A stretch of 64,000 nt of DNA, from contig OZ255726.1 of the NCBI GenBank assembly GCA_965277405.1, positions 256,001 to 320,000 of the forward strand, written 5' to 3'. The stretch comes from Gammaproteobacteria bacterium. GTDB taxonomy: Bacteria > Pseudomonadota > Gammaproteobacteria > G965277405. This document shows positions 17,808 through 28,138 of this stretch, piece after piece; the stretch's first letter is position 1; the number at the start of each line of letters is the position of its first letter. The notes below the pieces were generated by a model. The model did no database searches. It saw nothing but the letters and a program-made list of their open reading frames with translations, and was not told where the DNA came from. Position numbers and translations under genes: made by a program.

Positions 17808-18815
17808 ATGGCTGCAAAGAAAACCGCAAGTGTATTTACAATGATCGACGTTGGCGGCAAACGAATAAGCCGCCGAATGGCTATTGCCCAAGGAAGAATT
17901 GTTGTCAGTGCAGCTGCGTTTAGATTAATTGTAGCTAAACAGATACCAAAAGGTAACCCGCTGGCTCTTGCAGAAGTAGCAGGGATTTTTGGAGCAAAGC
18001 GCACCGCCGATATTCTGCCGTTATGCCACCCATTGCCACTTGATCAAGTCAAGGTTACGTGTGAACTGATCCCGCAAGACAGCGCGATTATGGTGTATTC
18101 AATGGTCGTTGCCACCCAAAAAACTGGCGTTGAGATGGAGGCATTGATGGCAGTGAATGCGGCACTGCTCTGCATATGGGATTTAGTCAAAGCAACGGAA
18201 CCTGCGTTGAGCATTGATGCAGTAACGTTGTTATGTAAAACTGGTGGTAAGCAAGATTTTTGGAAAAACCCTCACTGTGAACTGCCAGATTGGGTGATAG
18301 CAATGCTACCAGTCCAGCAGCGACTGCGTGACATATCTTGTGCTGTATTAGTATTGAGCGATACTGCTGCCAAGCATCCAGACTATGACAAGTCAGGAAA
18401 AACGCTGGTAGGATTGCTGCGACAAGACGGAGCCAGCGTTGCCAACGCAACAATTATTGCGGATGATGCCATGTTACTGGTGACAACGCTAAGCAGGCTA
18501 TGTGACAACACACGGTTGATTATAACCACTGGTGGCACAGGGGTGAGCCAACGCGATATTACCGCTGCAACCCTGGCGCATTTTTGTGATAAAAAGATTG
18601 AGGGAATTGGAGAATTGCTCCGCGCCGATGGTGCAAACTTCGTGGCGTCAAGCTGGCTGAGTAACGCCTACGCTGGCATTAAAGGCTCATGCGTAATTGT
18701 CGCCTTGCCAGGTTCAACAAACGCCTGTGTGCAGGGTTGGCAGGTGTTACGCAACATACTGCCACATTGCCTTACTATGATGGATGGACATGGACACAAT
18801 ACACCTACAAATTAA
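17808..18815 (+). CDS. moaC: Bifunctional MoaC / MogA-MoaB fusion
   Basis: MIDVGGK, LPLCHP, TGVEMEAL, KTGGK followed by DKSG, ITTGGTG..RDIT, LPGS. Confidence 0.88.
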   Translation: MAAKKTASVFTMIDVGGKRISRRMAIAQGRIVVSAAAFRLIVAKQIPKGNPLALAEVAGIFGAKRTADILPLCHPLPLDQVKVTCELIPQDSAIMVYSMVVATQKTGVEMEALMAVNAALLCIWDLVKATEPALSIDAVTLLCKTGGKQDFWKNPHCELPDWVIAMLPVQQRLRDISCAVLVLSDTAAKHPDYDKSGKTLVGLLRQDGASVANATIIADDAMLLVTTLSRLCDNTRLIITTGGTGVSQRDITAATLAHFCDKKIEGIGELLRADGANFVASSWLSNAYAGIKGSCVIVALPGSTNACVQGWQVLRNILPHCLTMMDGHGHNTPTN

Positions 18816-19062
18816 CTTGTTTGGCGCACTTGGTGAGCTGCAACCGCATATCGCATTTGATGTGAAACCAGGTATTGGTAGTGATGCCGTACGCGCAATG
18901 GCTGTCGCTGCTTTGCTGCAACACCACGTAGCGCACCCAAAACTCAACCATGATGCATTGCGCGGTGCAGCGCTTGCCAATGATGTTGAAATATTCACCC
19001 AAAACACAGCTATTGAAACAGCAATGACGCTTGCCTTGCTACCGCCTGTCAACGGTGGGTAA
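18784..19062 (+). CDS. moaD: Molybdopterin synthase sulfur carrier subunit
   Basis: LFGALGE, C-terminal LLPPVNGG. Confidence 0.85.
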   Translation: MDMDTIHLQINLFGALGELQPHIAFDVKPGIGSDAVRAMAVAALLQHHVAHPKLNHDALRGAALANDVEIFTQNTAIETAMTLALLPPVNGG

Positions 19063-19516
19063 CGCTACTTTTTATGGCAAACACCAGTTTGCCGTTGTAG
19101 CTGTTCCGCCTACGCTTGAGCATGCCATCGAGTATGTGCAGCATCAAGATTGTGGAGCTGTGGCAACGTTTATTGGCAATGTTCGCGCAGTGAATGTCGG
19201 CCGCCAAGTTGTTGCTGTGGAATATGAGGTCCATGCACCACTCGCACAGTCAATTATGGACGCGTTATTTACACAATTAGCCGCAGAAAATAATAGCAAT
19301 GTCAATGCATGGGTTTCACATATGCAAGGAAGAGTAACCCCTGGTCAAACAAGCGTAGTGATTGCTGTGGCAACTCCGCATCGTCAGCAAGCGTTTGCAG
19401 GATGTCGCTTTTTAATCGAAGAAATCAAAAACAAAATGCCAATCTGGAAGAAAGAACAGTATACAGATGGCGCAAGTGAATGGGTGCAAGGACACGCTTT
19501 ATGTCAACATGGTTAA
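19055..19516 (+). CDS. moaE: Molybdopterin synthase catalytic subunit
   Basis: GAVATFIGNVR, EYE, PHR..AF, IKNKMPIWKKE; GTG start overlapping moaD. Confidence 0.9.
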   Translation: MGNATFYGKHQFAVVAVPPTLEHAIEYVQHQDCGAVATFIGNVRAVNVGRQVVAVEYEVHAPLAQSIMDALFTQLAAENNSNVNAWVSHMQGRVTPGQTSVVIAVATPHRQQAFAGCRFLIEEIKNKMPIWKKEQYTDGASEWVQGHALCQHG

Positions 19517-19518
19517 AG

Positions 19519-19803
19519 GGAAACTCTGATTAACTCGCTGATGGAACGAGTTTGCCTGTAATTGCACGGCACAAACCGCAGGCGCATGCCCTAGCATATA
19601 CGCCAAGGGATGCAACACAGCAAGGTCAGCAATTGCTGCAAACCGAAAGTATATGCAACACCACGACGGGAAAAAAGCGCTACTAAGTCGATGCAGCACT
19701 GGGCAATACCCACAAGACCAACCAGCATTATCTGCGCACTACGCTTAAGTTTCATCAGCGTTTTTGCTCCGTCTCGCCCATCATGGACTTAAGCAAAGCT
19801 TCC
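19519..19803 (+). mobile_element. MITE copy (285 bp)
   Basis: GGAAACTCTGATTAACTCG ... GACTTAAGCAAAGCTTCC|TTAA. Confidence 0.87.
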
Positions 19804-20261
19804 TTAAGTTTCCTTAGTGGCATCTGGGTTACATTGAATGCAGCAGTATCTACATGTTTTTTTACGCTCCAGCTCGGATAATCATTGCGTGACAGTAATT
19901 TCTGCATACTCTATATACTCACATGATCAGCTTGATAACAGTTATATTCATTTTTCTGTTTTGAAGCTGTGATTACGTCTTAAGTGGTTTAGTTGCAGCA
20001 AGCAAGGGTGAAAAGCAAAATAAATTGCGCAAGGCATGCTGATGGTCTGCTAGGTGTTACCCGCAGTCAGATACAGACTTACGCAGACTCCTTGCAATCA
20101 CTGGCATATGCCCACATAGGCAAAGAGCAATCGGAGTGTTGATAAGCATAACTTAAACAATATTAGTCGATTATCTGCATTTTATATTACTACCTTAGTC
20201 GTATATCGTATACATTCATAAAAGGATTTATTTTTACATTATTAGCATCTACTAACAGCCT

Positions 20262-21308
20262 ATGTTCAAAAAATTTCGCGGATTATTTTCTAATGACTTA
20301 TCGGTAGACTTAGGAACAGCAAACACCCTTATCTACATAAATGGGCAAGGAATTGTGTTAAACGAACCTTCTGTAGTTGCTGTTAAAGAACACGGAAATA
20401 AACGCACAATTGCTGCGGTTGGTTTAGAAGCCAAGCCAATGCTGGGTCGAACTCCTGATAATATTACAACAATTCGACCACTAAAAGACGGCGTGATAGC
20501 TGATTTTTATATCACTGAAAAAATGCTGCAATATTTTATACAAAAGGTTCACTCGAATAGTTTTATTCGCCCAAGCCCTAGGGTATTGATTTGTGTGCCG
20601 TGCAAGGCGACGATGGTTGAACGGCGAGCGATTAAAGAGTCCGCCCTTGGAGCTGGAGCTCGTGAAGTGTTTTTGATACAAGAACCACTTGCTGCAGCCA
20701 TTGGCGCAGGGCTACCATTTGATGAACCAAACGGCTCAATGGTGTTGGACATAGGTGGCGGAACTACAGAAATTGCTATTATGACACTCGGTGGGGCAAT
20801 TTATGCAGAATCGGTGCGTATTGGTGGTGACTTGTTTGATGAGGCAATTATTTCCTTTATCCGCCGCAAGTTTGGAGTGTTGATTGGGCTACAAACGGCA
20901 GAACGGGTGAAAGTTGAGATCGGCACCGCTTTTCCAGACGCAAATAGCATTCGAGAAACAGATATTCGTGGAAATGTGGTCGCAGAAGGGATACCCACAT
21001 CAGTAACGGTTACCTCAAACGATATGTTTGAGGCATTGCAAGAACCAATGATTAGATTAGTCCACGAGGTTCGGGTTGCCCTTGAAAAAGCTCCACCAGA
21101 ACTTGCCGCTGATATTGCTGAGTCAGGTATTGTATTGACAGGTGGCGGAGCGTTACTGCATAATTTAGACAAATTAATCTCAACTGAAACAGGACTGCCG
21201 GTGATATGTGCTGAAGACCCATTAACCTGCGTTGCCCGTGGTGGTGGTATTGCACTCGATTTGATAAATTCGAGCAATTCATTCCAATTAATGTTTTCTG
21301 ATGAATAA
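20262..21308 (+). CDS. mreB: Rod shape-determining protein MreB
   Basis: [42 protein letters not shown]. Confidence 0.97.
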   Translation: MFKKFRGLFSNDLSVDLGTANTLIYINGQGIVLNEPSVVAVKEHGNKRTIAAVGLEAKPMLGRTPDNITTIRPLKDGVIADFYITEKMLQYFIQKVHSNSFIRPSPRVLICVPCKATMVERRAIKESALGAGAREVFLIQEPLAAAIGAGLPFDEPNGSMVLDIGGGTTEIAIMTLGGAIYAESVRIGGDLFDEAIISFIRRKFGVLIGLQTAERVKVEIGTAFPDANSIRETDIRGNVVAEGIPTSVTVTSNDMFEALQEPMIRLVHEVRVALEKAPPELAADIAESGIVLTGGGALLHNLDKLISTETGLPVICAEDPLTCVARGGGIALDLINSSNSFQLMFSDE

Positions 21309-21318
21309 ACCAAACACT

Positions 21319-21469
21319 ATGGTGGTTGCAGCAGTGATGGCATCGTCTATCAGCACTATCTGGGAAACGCCGCATGCTTTCCATGTCATACAGTGCTTCT
21401 GCTACCCCTGGGTCTGATAAGTTGTACGATTGCTGTAAACAATACACGCGTAACATGGTCTGCATATTA
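21319..21469 (-). pseudogene. IS5 transposase internal fragment
   Basis: MQTMLRVYCLQQSYNLSDP..EALYD; near-identical to 27668-27820. Confidence 0.85.
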
Positions 21470-21522
21470 TTTGAGCTTAATAAACGGGGAGATATATCAC
21501 TTGCCAGTTTCATGAGGGATAT

Positions 21523-22546
21523 GGCTCTATTTGAATAAATTGTTGAAATATGATATGCTACAAGTATCAATCACATCCACAATGCTCTAAATCATGAAGA
21601 GCTCTGAATTTAATCAGTTAAAACAAGCAGTTAATGGGCTTTCTCCAAAGCAAAAGGCTGACTTAGAACAGCATTTAATCAATCCAGAATCGCAACCTCA
21701 AGTGCTGAAATTACTTGAACAAGCGGTACATGGATGCCCTCATTGCCAACATGACAGTACCTATAAGTGGGGCACGTCAAAAGGACGTCAGCGGTATCGT
21801 TGTCGATCATGCTTAAAAACCTATAATGCACTAACGGGTTCAGAATTGAATGGTCTGCATAAGCCTGAACTCTGGGAACAATACTGCCAAACGATGGTTG
21901 ATTCAAAATCGCTGCGCATTGCAGCAAAGGAATGCGGCATCAACCTCACCACGGCATTCACATGGCGTCATAAATTTCTTAAATTGGCTGATTTACTTAT
22001 GAGCAAGCAGCTTGAAGGCATTGTCGAAATGGATGAAACTTGGTTTAAATATTCTGAAAAAGGCAGTCGCTATTTAACCACTGGCAAGCCGCGAAAACGC
22101 GGTAATAGCAAAGCATCTACAGTGAAAGCTGTTATTGGCATCGATCGAAGTGGCAACATTGTCGATCAGGTTGTAGAGCACTTTACGCTGGATCAATTAC
22201 AGGCAACCTTTGTACCTAAACTCGCCGACGATCTGGTTCTCTGTACCGACGGTCATATCAATTATGAGCATCTAGCCAAGCAGAAAAATATCAATCATGT
22301 CGTGTTAAATCAACGCCTTGGTGAGCGGGTCAAAGACAAAGTTTTTCATATTCAAACGGTGAACGCTTACCACATGAGGCTCAAGCAATGGCTAGCCCCT
22401 TTTCATGGTGTTGCAACTAAAAATCTTCATAAATATTGTGGATGGTTTCGTTGGTTTGAGCTTAATAAACGGGGAGATATATCCCCTGCCAGCTTCATGA
22501 GGGATATGCTGTATACAGCATTTCAACAAACTATCAGAACATAGCC
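21523..22546 (+). mobile_element. IS1595-family insertion sequence (1024 bp) with 8-bp TSD AGGGATAT
   Basis: Imperfect TIRs GGCTCTATTTGAATAAATTGTTGAAAT / GGCTATGTTCTGATAGTTTGTTGAAAT; TSD at 21515-21522 and 22547-22554. Confidence 0.9.
21594..22544 (+). CDS. IS1595-family transposase
   Basis: CPHC..RYRCRSC zinc ribbon, HTH (TAFTWRHK), VEMDETWF, CTDG, HIQTVNAYH, HGVATKNL. Confidence 0.92.
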   Translation: MKSSEFNQLKQAVNGLSPKQKADLEQHLINPESQPQVLKLLEQAVHGCPHCQHDSTYKWGTSKGRQRYRCRSCLKTYNALTGSELNGLHKPELWEQYCQTMVDSKSLRIAAKECGINLTTAFTWRHKFLKLADLLMSKQLEGIVEMDETWFKYSEKGSRYLTTGKPRKRGNSKASTVKAVIGIDRSGNIVDQVVEHFTLDQLQATFVPKLADDLVLCTDGHINYEHLAKQKNINHVVLNQRLGERVKDKVFHIQTVNAYHMRLKQWLAPFHGVATKNLHKYCGWFRWFELNKRGDISPASFMRDMLYTAFQQTIRT

Positions 22547-22674
22547 AGGGATATGCTGTATATGGCATTTCAACAAACTCTCAGAACATAGCCAGATGTT
22601 ATCTGCAACTTGAACAGATACGGTTGGAACAAACCAAAAACATACTTTTAAACTTAATTGAGAAAAATAACTTA

Positions 22675-23709
22675 ATGATAAAACCACCAAATCTTTTTGA
22701 CTATGCAACTTCAGAACTTTCGCAAGATGCGTTTTTAGCTTGGCTTATAAAATGGGCGGATAAAGACTATCAAGAAATCGACAATGCTCTAAATGCCTGT
22801 GCTGTTTCGTTTGTTCAACAGCTTTCAGGACAAGATGATTCTTTTACGATAGAAACGGTTGAAGTAGGAAGGCAATGGAATAATATTGATGTTTGGGCTT
22901 TAGTAAATAATAAATACTTCATTGTAATAGAAGATAAAAAAGGAACACAAGAAAGTCCTGACCAACTCAACAAATACTCAGAAGTTGCTAAAAATTATTA
23001 TAAAAAATCAGACATTGTAATAAAGCTTGTTTACTTCAAAATGGAAGAGCAAGGTAAATACATTGATGTTACAAATTCAGGGTTTTTACCATTCCAAAGA
23101 AGTACAATGCTTTCAATACTTAATAACTATATCAACTCAACTGAAAAGGCAAAACAAAATAACATAGTTGTTGACTACTATAAGAACCTTGAGAATTTAG
23201 ATAATGATATTAATAGCTATTTAACTAAACCATTAAACGAATGGTATAGGTAATCTTGGCAAGGCTTCTACTTTGAACTTCAAAAACATTTAGACGGCGG
23301 AAGTTGGGTATATGTTTCAAACCCAAATGGTGGTTTTCTTTGTTTTTGGTGGAATTATAAAGTCTCAGAAGGTTGGAAACAATTTTACTATTATTTGCAA
23401 TTGGAAGAAGAAAAATTTGTATTCAAAGTTGTTGTTGACAAAGAAAATGAAAATGAGCGTAAGGAAATTCGGGAATTTTATCGCAATTATTTATACAAAA
23501 AAGCGAAAGAATTAGATATTGACATTTCACAATACGGTCGTTTAGGAAGTTATATGGGAGCTGCTATATTGAATTCTGAATATCGAATAACGAACAAAAA
23601 CGGACTTTTGAATTTTCAAGCAACAGTTAATAATTTGAAAGGAATGGAGAAACTAATGAACGAAACGGGAAAAGAAATGCAGATGCACATAACAAAGCAA
23701 AAAAATTAA
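22675..23709 (+). pseudogene. PD-(D/E)XK nuclease superfamily protein with an internal TAA stop (23251-23253)
   Basis: ELSQDAFLAWL, IDVW..IVIEDK..QL.KY; the same frame continues past the stop (SWQGFY..WVYVSNPNGGF); AT-rich. Confidence 0.72.
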
Positions 23710-23879
23710 GCAATGGCAACATATAAGAAGCGAGGCTATGTTGCTTGTTGATTGCCTAGTCTAATGCTGCAAAGAAGCTTTAGTGGATTTACTATGCCTG
23801 CAAACATGACAACGAATGTGTTTTCTCATATTGATAGCTATGTGTTGCAATTATCGAATTTTTCACAAAATGCATTAAA

Positions 23880-23898
23880 GAAGCTCTGATTAAGTTAC
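23880..23898 (+). mobile_element. IS5/MITE end remnant
   Basis: GAAGCTCTGATTAAGTTAC. Confidence 0.55.
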
Positions 23899-24088
23899 TG
23901 ATATTAGAGAGCATAAATCGTTTGCGAGTAGCTGTTTAACTCATTACCAACTACCTATTCTGGTGTAGATAATATGCAACTAGTAAATATGTGTATGGAA
24001 TATTGTCACTCCTGCCAACAGCTGAACACAATGCCAATTTTGTCCACAACAACTACACTTTTACACTTTGATGCAAAGGCCTAACTAA

Positions 24089-24275
24089 GGAAGCTCTGAT
24101 GAAGTCCATGATGGGCGAGACTGAGAAAAAACGCTGCTGAAACTTAAGCGCAGTGCGCAGCTAACACTGCTGGGGACTTGAGGGCATAGCCAGCCAAGTG
24201 CTGCAACGACGTTAGTACCGCTTTTTTCCCGTCGTTGTGTTGAATATACTTTGGGTTTGCGGCAATTGCTGCGCT
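24089..24275 (-). mobile_element. Partial MITE copy, inverted
   Basis: CTAA|GGAAGCTCTGATGAAGTCCATGATGGGCGAGAC...; the other end is missing. Confidence 0.8.
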
Positions 24276-24354
24276 AGCGGATGGCAGAGCGTTTTGTAGA
24301 ACAAGCACTATAGTAATGCCAACGACCAGCAGGTCGTAGAATTATGCAGACACG

Positions 24355-25179
24355 TCAGATTACCTTGTTGCGTAAATAGGCGGCTATCGCCTCGCCGATG
24401 ATCACAAGACCGATAATAGCGAACAGAATCGTCGCGACGGTTTGCCACGCAAAGGTATCAATCGCACCTTGCAGGATAAGTCCGATGCCACCAGCCCCGA
24501 CCAGTCCCAACACAGTGCTTTCGCGCAGATTTATATCCCAGCGCAGGATTGATACCGCAAAAAAGGTCGGCATGACCTGCGGGATCACCCCGTAAATCAG
24601 AATTTTGAACGAAGATGCGCCAACAGCCTGCAGTGCCTCAATCGGATCTCGATCGATTTCTTCAATCGCTTCGCCCAGAAGTTTGCCTAAAAAACCGATT
24701 GATCGGAAAACAATCGCCAAAATACCCGCCAGAACCCCAGGGCCGAATACAGCAACAAACAGCAGGGCCCAGATGATGGTATTCACCGAACGCGACGACA
24801 CCAAAATAAACCGACCAAGCCACAATGTGCCACGGTTTGGTGTAGTATTCTGCGCCGCAATCAGGGCAATCGGCATAGATAGCAATACGGCGAACAATGT
24901 CGCGATTGTCGCGATATTGATTGTTTCTAAAAGTGTCCAGGCAATAATTTGCCACTGATCGACCGATGGCGGGAACATCCGTCCGAACAGGTCGGCCATC
25001 TGTGCTGGCGCATCCCAAAGCCATGGCCAAAAAACATCAATTGTTGATAACGACCAGATGGTGGCCAAGGCAATAACACCAGTGATGGCAAATCGCTGCC
25101 AGCGCTCTCTAGACGAATAACGCGACCATTCGCGGTGCGCGATGGCATCAGGTCCAGATTGTTGCGTGGAGGCTAACAT
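24355..25179 (-). CDS. phnE: Phosphonate ABC transporter permease
   Basis: RMFPP, ETINIA, EAIEEID, WDINLRESTVLGLVGAGGIG. Confidence 0.92.
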   Translation of the reverse strand: MLASTQQSGPDAIAHREWSRYSSRERWQRFAITGVIALATIWSLSTIDVFWPWLWDAPAQMADLFGRMFPPSVDQWQIIAWTLLETINIATIATLFAVLLSMPIALIAAQNTTPNRGTLWLGRFILVSSRSVNTIIWALLFVAVFGPGVLAGILAIVFRSIGFLGKLLGEAIEEIDRDPIEALQAVGASSFKILIYGVIPQVMPTFFAVSILRWDINLRESTVLGLVGAGGIGLILQGAIDTFAWQTVATILFAIIGLVIIGEAIAAYLRNKVI

Positions 25180-25982
25180 AGGTTCTTCCGAATATGCCCG
25201 CTAATGGCTTCAGTGACCAGAATGACGCCGATAATGCAAAGCGTAATGGCAAGGGCAAAGTCATAGTCATACCGACCAAACGCATTCAGCAAGGTCGAAC
25301 CGATGCCGCCCGCGCCAACAATGCCGACAATAGCGGATGCGCGCAGATTGCTGTCAAGCTGATAAATCGAAAGTCCAATTTGGCGCGGCATGATCTGCGG
25401 AATTACGGCATACAACATGGTCAGCAGCTGTCCGCTGCCTGCCGCACGGATGGCCTCAACCTGACCCCAATCTATTTCTTCGATCCGTTCGGCGAGCATT
25501 TTTGCAACAAAACCAATCGAATACACGGTCAGCGTCAGAATCCCTGCCAGCGGGCCAAAACCGACGGCTTTGACAAACAAGATAGCAACAATAACTGGGT
25601 GGAAACTGCGCGCGACAATGATGGTAGCGCGCCCGAGTATGTAAAGCCAGCGCGGGGAAATATTGCTTGCCGCTGCAAAGGCAAGCGGGATGCTAAGTCC
25701 CACACCTAGCAAGGTCGAGATAATGGCAATCTTAATGCTTTCCATAAAGCCGTCAAATAACAGTTCTCCACGGATAAAGCTCGGTGGAAATGCCCCCTTG
25801 AAAATGCGCATTGCTCGGGGGACGCCCTGTTGAATACGTTCCCAATCAAAGGGTAGAGTGGTTAACGCCCACCAGACATAGCCGGCAACAGCAAGAATCA
25901 ACGCCCAACGCAGTGCTGGATTGGCAATGAATGGAGGTTTTTTCCAGGTGAGGCCAGTCGGGGTTGCAACAGTACGGCTCAT
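25173..25982 (-). CDS. phnE: Phosphonate ABC transporter permease
   Basis: VGFGPLAG, AERIEEID, LDSNLRASAIVGIVGAGGIG. Confidence 0.92.
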   Translation of the reverse strand: MSRTVATPTGLTWKKPPFIANPALRWALILAVAGYVWWALTTLPFDWERIQQGVPRAMRIFKGAFPPSFIRGELLFDGFMESIKIAIISTLLGVGLSIPLAFAAASNISPRWLYILGRATIIVARSFHPVIVAILFVKAVGFGPLAGILTLTVYSIGFVAKMLAERIEEIDWGQVEAIRAAGSGQLLTMLYAVIPQIMPRQIGLSIYQLDSNLRASAIVGIVGAGGIGSTLLNAFGRYDYDFALAITLCIIGVILVTEAISGHIRKNLC

Positions 25983-26021
25983 GTTGCAGCAACCTGGCGC
26001 AGATGGTTGCTGGTTGCAACA

Positions 26022-26110
26022 CCATCACGTTCCTCTGCTGGAACACCAGCATAGATTTCATCCATCGCGTTCTTCTGCTGGAACACCAGCATAGATTTGA
26101 TCCATCGCGT
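26022..26110. repeat. 40-bp tandem duplication at the phnC 3' end
   Basis: CCATC(A/G)CGTTC(C/T)TCTGCTGGAACACCAGCATAGATTT(C/G)AT twice plus a partial third copy. Confidence 0.9.
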
Positions 26111-26816
26111 CATTGTTAAGGTCCAGCGCGGCGCCGTCAAAAATAATACGACCAAACCGCATGCCGACAATGCGCTGGGCATATTCCTTGGCTTCGTTTA
26201 CATTGTGAATATTTATCAGAACTGGCAGGCGTAGCTCGGATGCGAGCGCACACAGCAATTCCATGATTTGTTTGGATGCTTTCGGGTCAAGCGAGGCGGT
26301 GGGTTCGTCGGCCAGCAGGATTTCTGGTTGTTGCATTAACGCGCGCACCACACCGACTCGCTGGCGCTCGCCACCCGATAGTTCATCTGCACGTTTGTTG
26401 ACGTAATTGGCAATGCCGACACGTTCCATCAGATGAAACGCACGGTCGATGTCTTCCTGGGGATATTTGCGTGTCATCGCGCGCCATGCTGGAATATATC
26501 CCAAACGCCCCGACTGGACGTTTTCCATCACGGTCAGCCGATCAATCAGATTAAAGCCCTGAAACACCATGCCAATGCGGCGCCGTGCCAGCCGTAGGCT
26601 TTTGCCTGCGAGTGTGGTCAGTTCGGTGCCGTTAAGTTCAATACTGCCTGATGACGGTTCAACCAGACGGTTAATGCAGCGCAACAAGGTAGATTTGCCC
26701 GCGCCCGACGCGCCGATGATTGCAACAACACTTTCGCCTTGTACTTCAAGGTTCAGATTTTTCAACACGGCCTTTTCGCCACCATAACTTTTGACTAGTT
26801 CTTTGATACGCAGCAT
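26058..26816 (-). CDS. phnC: Phosphonate ABC transporter ATP-binding protein
   Basis: GASGAGKST, ENVQSGRLG, LSGGERQR, LADEPTASLDP; start MLRIKE. Confidence 0.92.
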   Translation of the reverse strand: MLRIKELVKSYGGEKAVLKNLNLEVQGESVVAIIGASGAGKSTLLRCINRLVEPSSGSIELNGTELTTLAGKSLRLARRRIGMVFQGFNLIDRLTVMENVQSGRLGYIPAWRAMTRKYPQEDIDRAFHLMERVGIANYVNKRADELSGGERQRVGVVRALMQQPEILLADEPTASLDPKASKQIMELLCALASELRLPVLINIHNVNEAKEYAQRIVGMRFGRIIFDGAALDLNNDAMDQIYAGVPAEERDG

Positions 26817-26829
26817 GGCACTATCGTAG

Positions 26830-28079
26830 GGATAGCTCTGATTAAGACGCTCATATACTCCAATAACTCGCATATACTCCAAAAAAGTAATAGCAATAAT
26901 TTTCAATGGTCAATATTTGACCGTTTCGCTGATCTTCGTGTTGCTGTTTTACTGTTTGTTACTGTTTTTATTGTTTTTTACTGTTTTTCTTGAATTTTGG
27001 GCGGTTCTATCCCGTTAGTTGTCCGCGCAGCATGTACAAGTTCGTTAATGCAAGCAAAGAAAATACTTGTACTCGATTCTTTGCTAGTCCTTTGTAGCGA
27101 GCTTTCTTGTAACCAAACTGACATTTGATTACGCGAAAACAGTGCTCAATCCGGGCGCGCATTAGAGTTCTGTGTATTGCGTTGGCGCTGCGAGCCGCTC
27201 ATTGGCTGCTGTGGTTTACGTTTATCATTCACGCGCCAATCTATGCCAAGGTGGCGCGAGCCGCGTGTATAACTGTCGCTCGTATATCCTGCATCGGCAA
27301 AGATAACCTTATCTGTTTCACGCAGCAATTTTGGGAGTTCATTGATGTCCGCTGCATTCGCGGCTGTCGTGGTGGGCCGCGGCTGTGGTGGTAGGCATTG
27401 CCGCGCTATGAATCATATTGCTATTAGCGTCAGTTCCTATATGAATCTTCATGCCAAAATACCACTGATTGCCTTTGCGGGTTTGATGCATTTCAGGATC
27501 CCGTTTTTTCTCTTTATTCTGCGTAGATGACGGCGCATTGATGGTCGTGGCAGCAACCATCGTCCCTGGTGAGATTGTTATATTATTTTCCATACAATAC
27601 TCATTCACCACAGCAAGTATCTTGACGCTGAGTTGATGCTTTTGTATGAGCCTGCGGGGAATTCAAGATGGTGGTTTCAGCAGGGATGGCATCGTCTATC
27701 AGCTCTATCTGGGCAAAACGCCGCATGCTTTCCATGTCATATAGTGCTTCTGCTACTCCTGGGTCTGATAAGTTGTACCATTGCTGTAAACAATACATGC
27801 GTAACATGGTCTGCATATTAATCGGTGGTCCGGGACATTCCCTTTCTTGGGATAATGCGGTTGTATTAAACCTAACAACCGCTATTAACGCTAAAATGGA
27901 GCTAATTTGTCCATCGACTGCAAGAATTTCTCACGTTTCGTTGTTACTTTCTTGTGGTCGTATGTAGCACTGGCAAAAGTTGTTTGTTGCATAAGAACAT
28001 CCGCTTATGCAAATAGATTCTCTCTTTGTATCTCTTGCTAGCTGATATTGCTGTTGTTTGGAACTTAATCAGAGTTGCC
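26830..28079 (-). mobile_element. Decayed IS5-family (IS5 subgroup) element sharing its TIRs with the MITE
   Basis: Ends GGATAGCTCTGATTAAG / CTTAATCAGAGTTGCC|TTAA; about 1250 bp. Confidence 0.85.
27015..27992 (-). pseudogene. IS5 transposase, multiply frameshifted
   Basis: MQQTTFAS; MLRMYCLQQWYNLSDP; RDPEMHQTRKGNQWYFGMKIHIGTD; FADAGY; [11 protein letters not shown] in separate frames. Confidence 0.9.
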
Positions 28080-28138
28080 TTAAGTTTCATCAGCGTTTTG
28101 TCTCCGTCTCACCCATCATGGACTTAAGCAGAAATTCC
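28080..28138 (+). mobile_element. MITE right-end fragment abutting the IS5
   Basis: TTAAGTTTCATCAGCG..CTCCGTCTCACCCATCATGGACTTAAGCAGAAATTCC|CTAG. Confidence 0.8.

Larger units (their letters stand above)
21470..22593 (+). mobile_element. Older IS1595 3'-end remnant, split by the nested copy (21470-21522 and 22547-22593)
   Basis: The two pieces joined match the last ~90 bp of the intact IS, including the right TIR. Confidence 0.8.

Noticed and set aside
19810-20200. gatC remnant divergent from mreB
   Set aside because: No convincing translated similarity
23251-23253. Stop-codon recoding (TAA here, TAG at 47795)
   Set aside because: Isolated and different codons; intact genes use all three stops normally, so nonsense mutation is simpler
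23734-23750. GGCTATGTT as another IS1595 end forming a composite transposon around the nuclease
   Set aside because: Only a 9-bp match and no supporting TSD
26022-26110. CRISPR array
   Set aside because: Repeats are directly adjacent with no spacers, and there are no cas genes in the window
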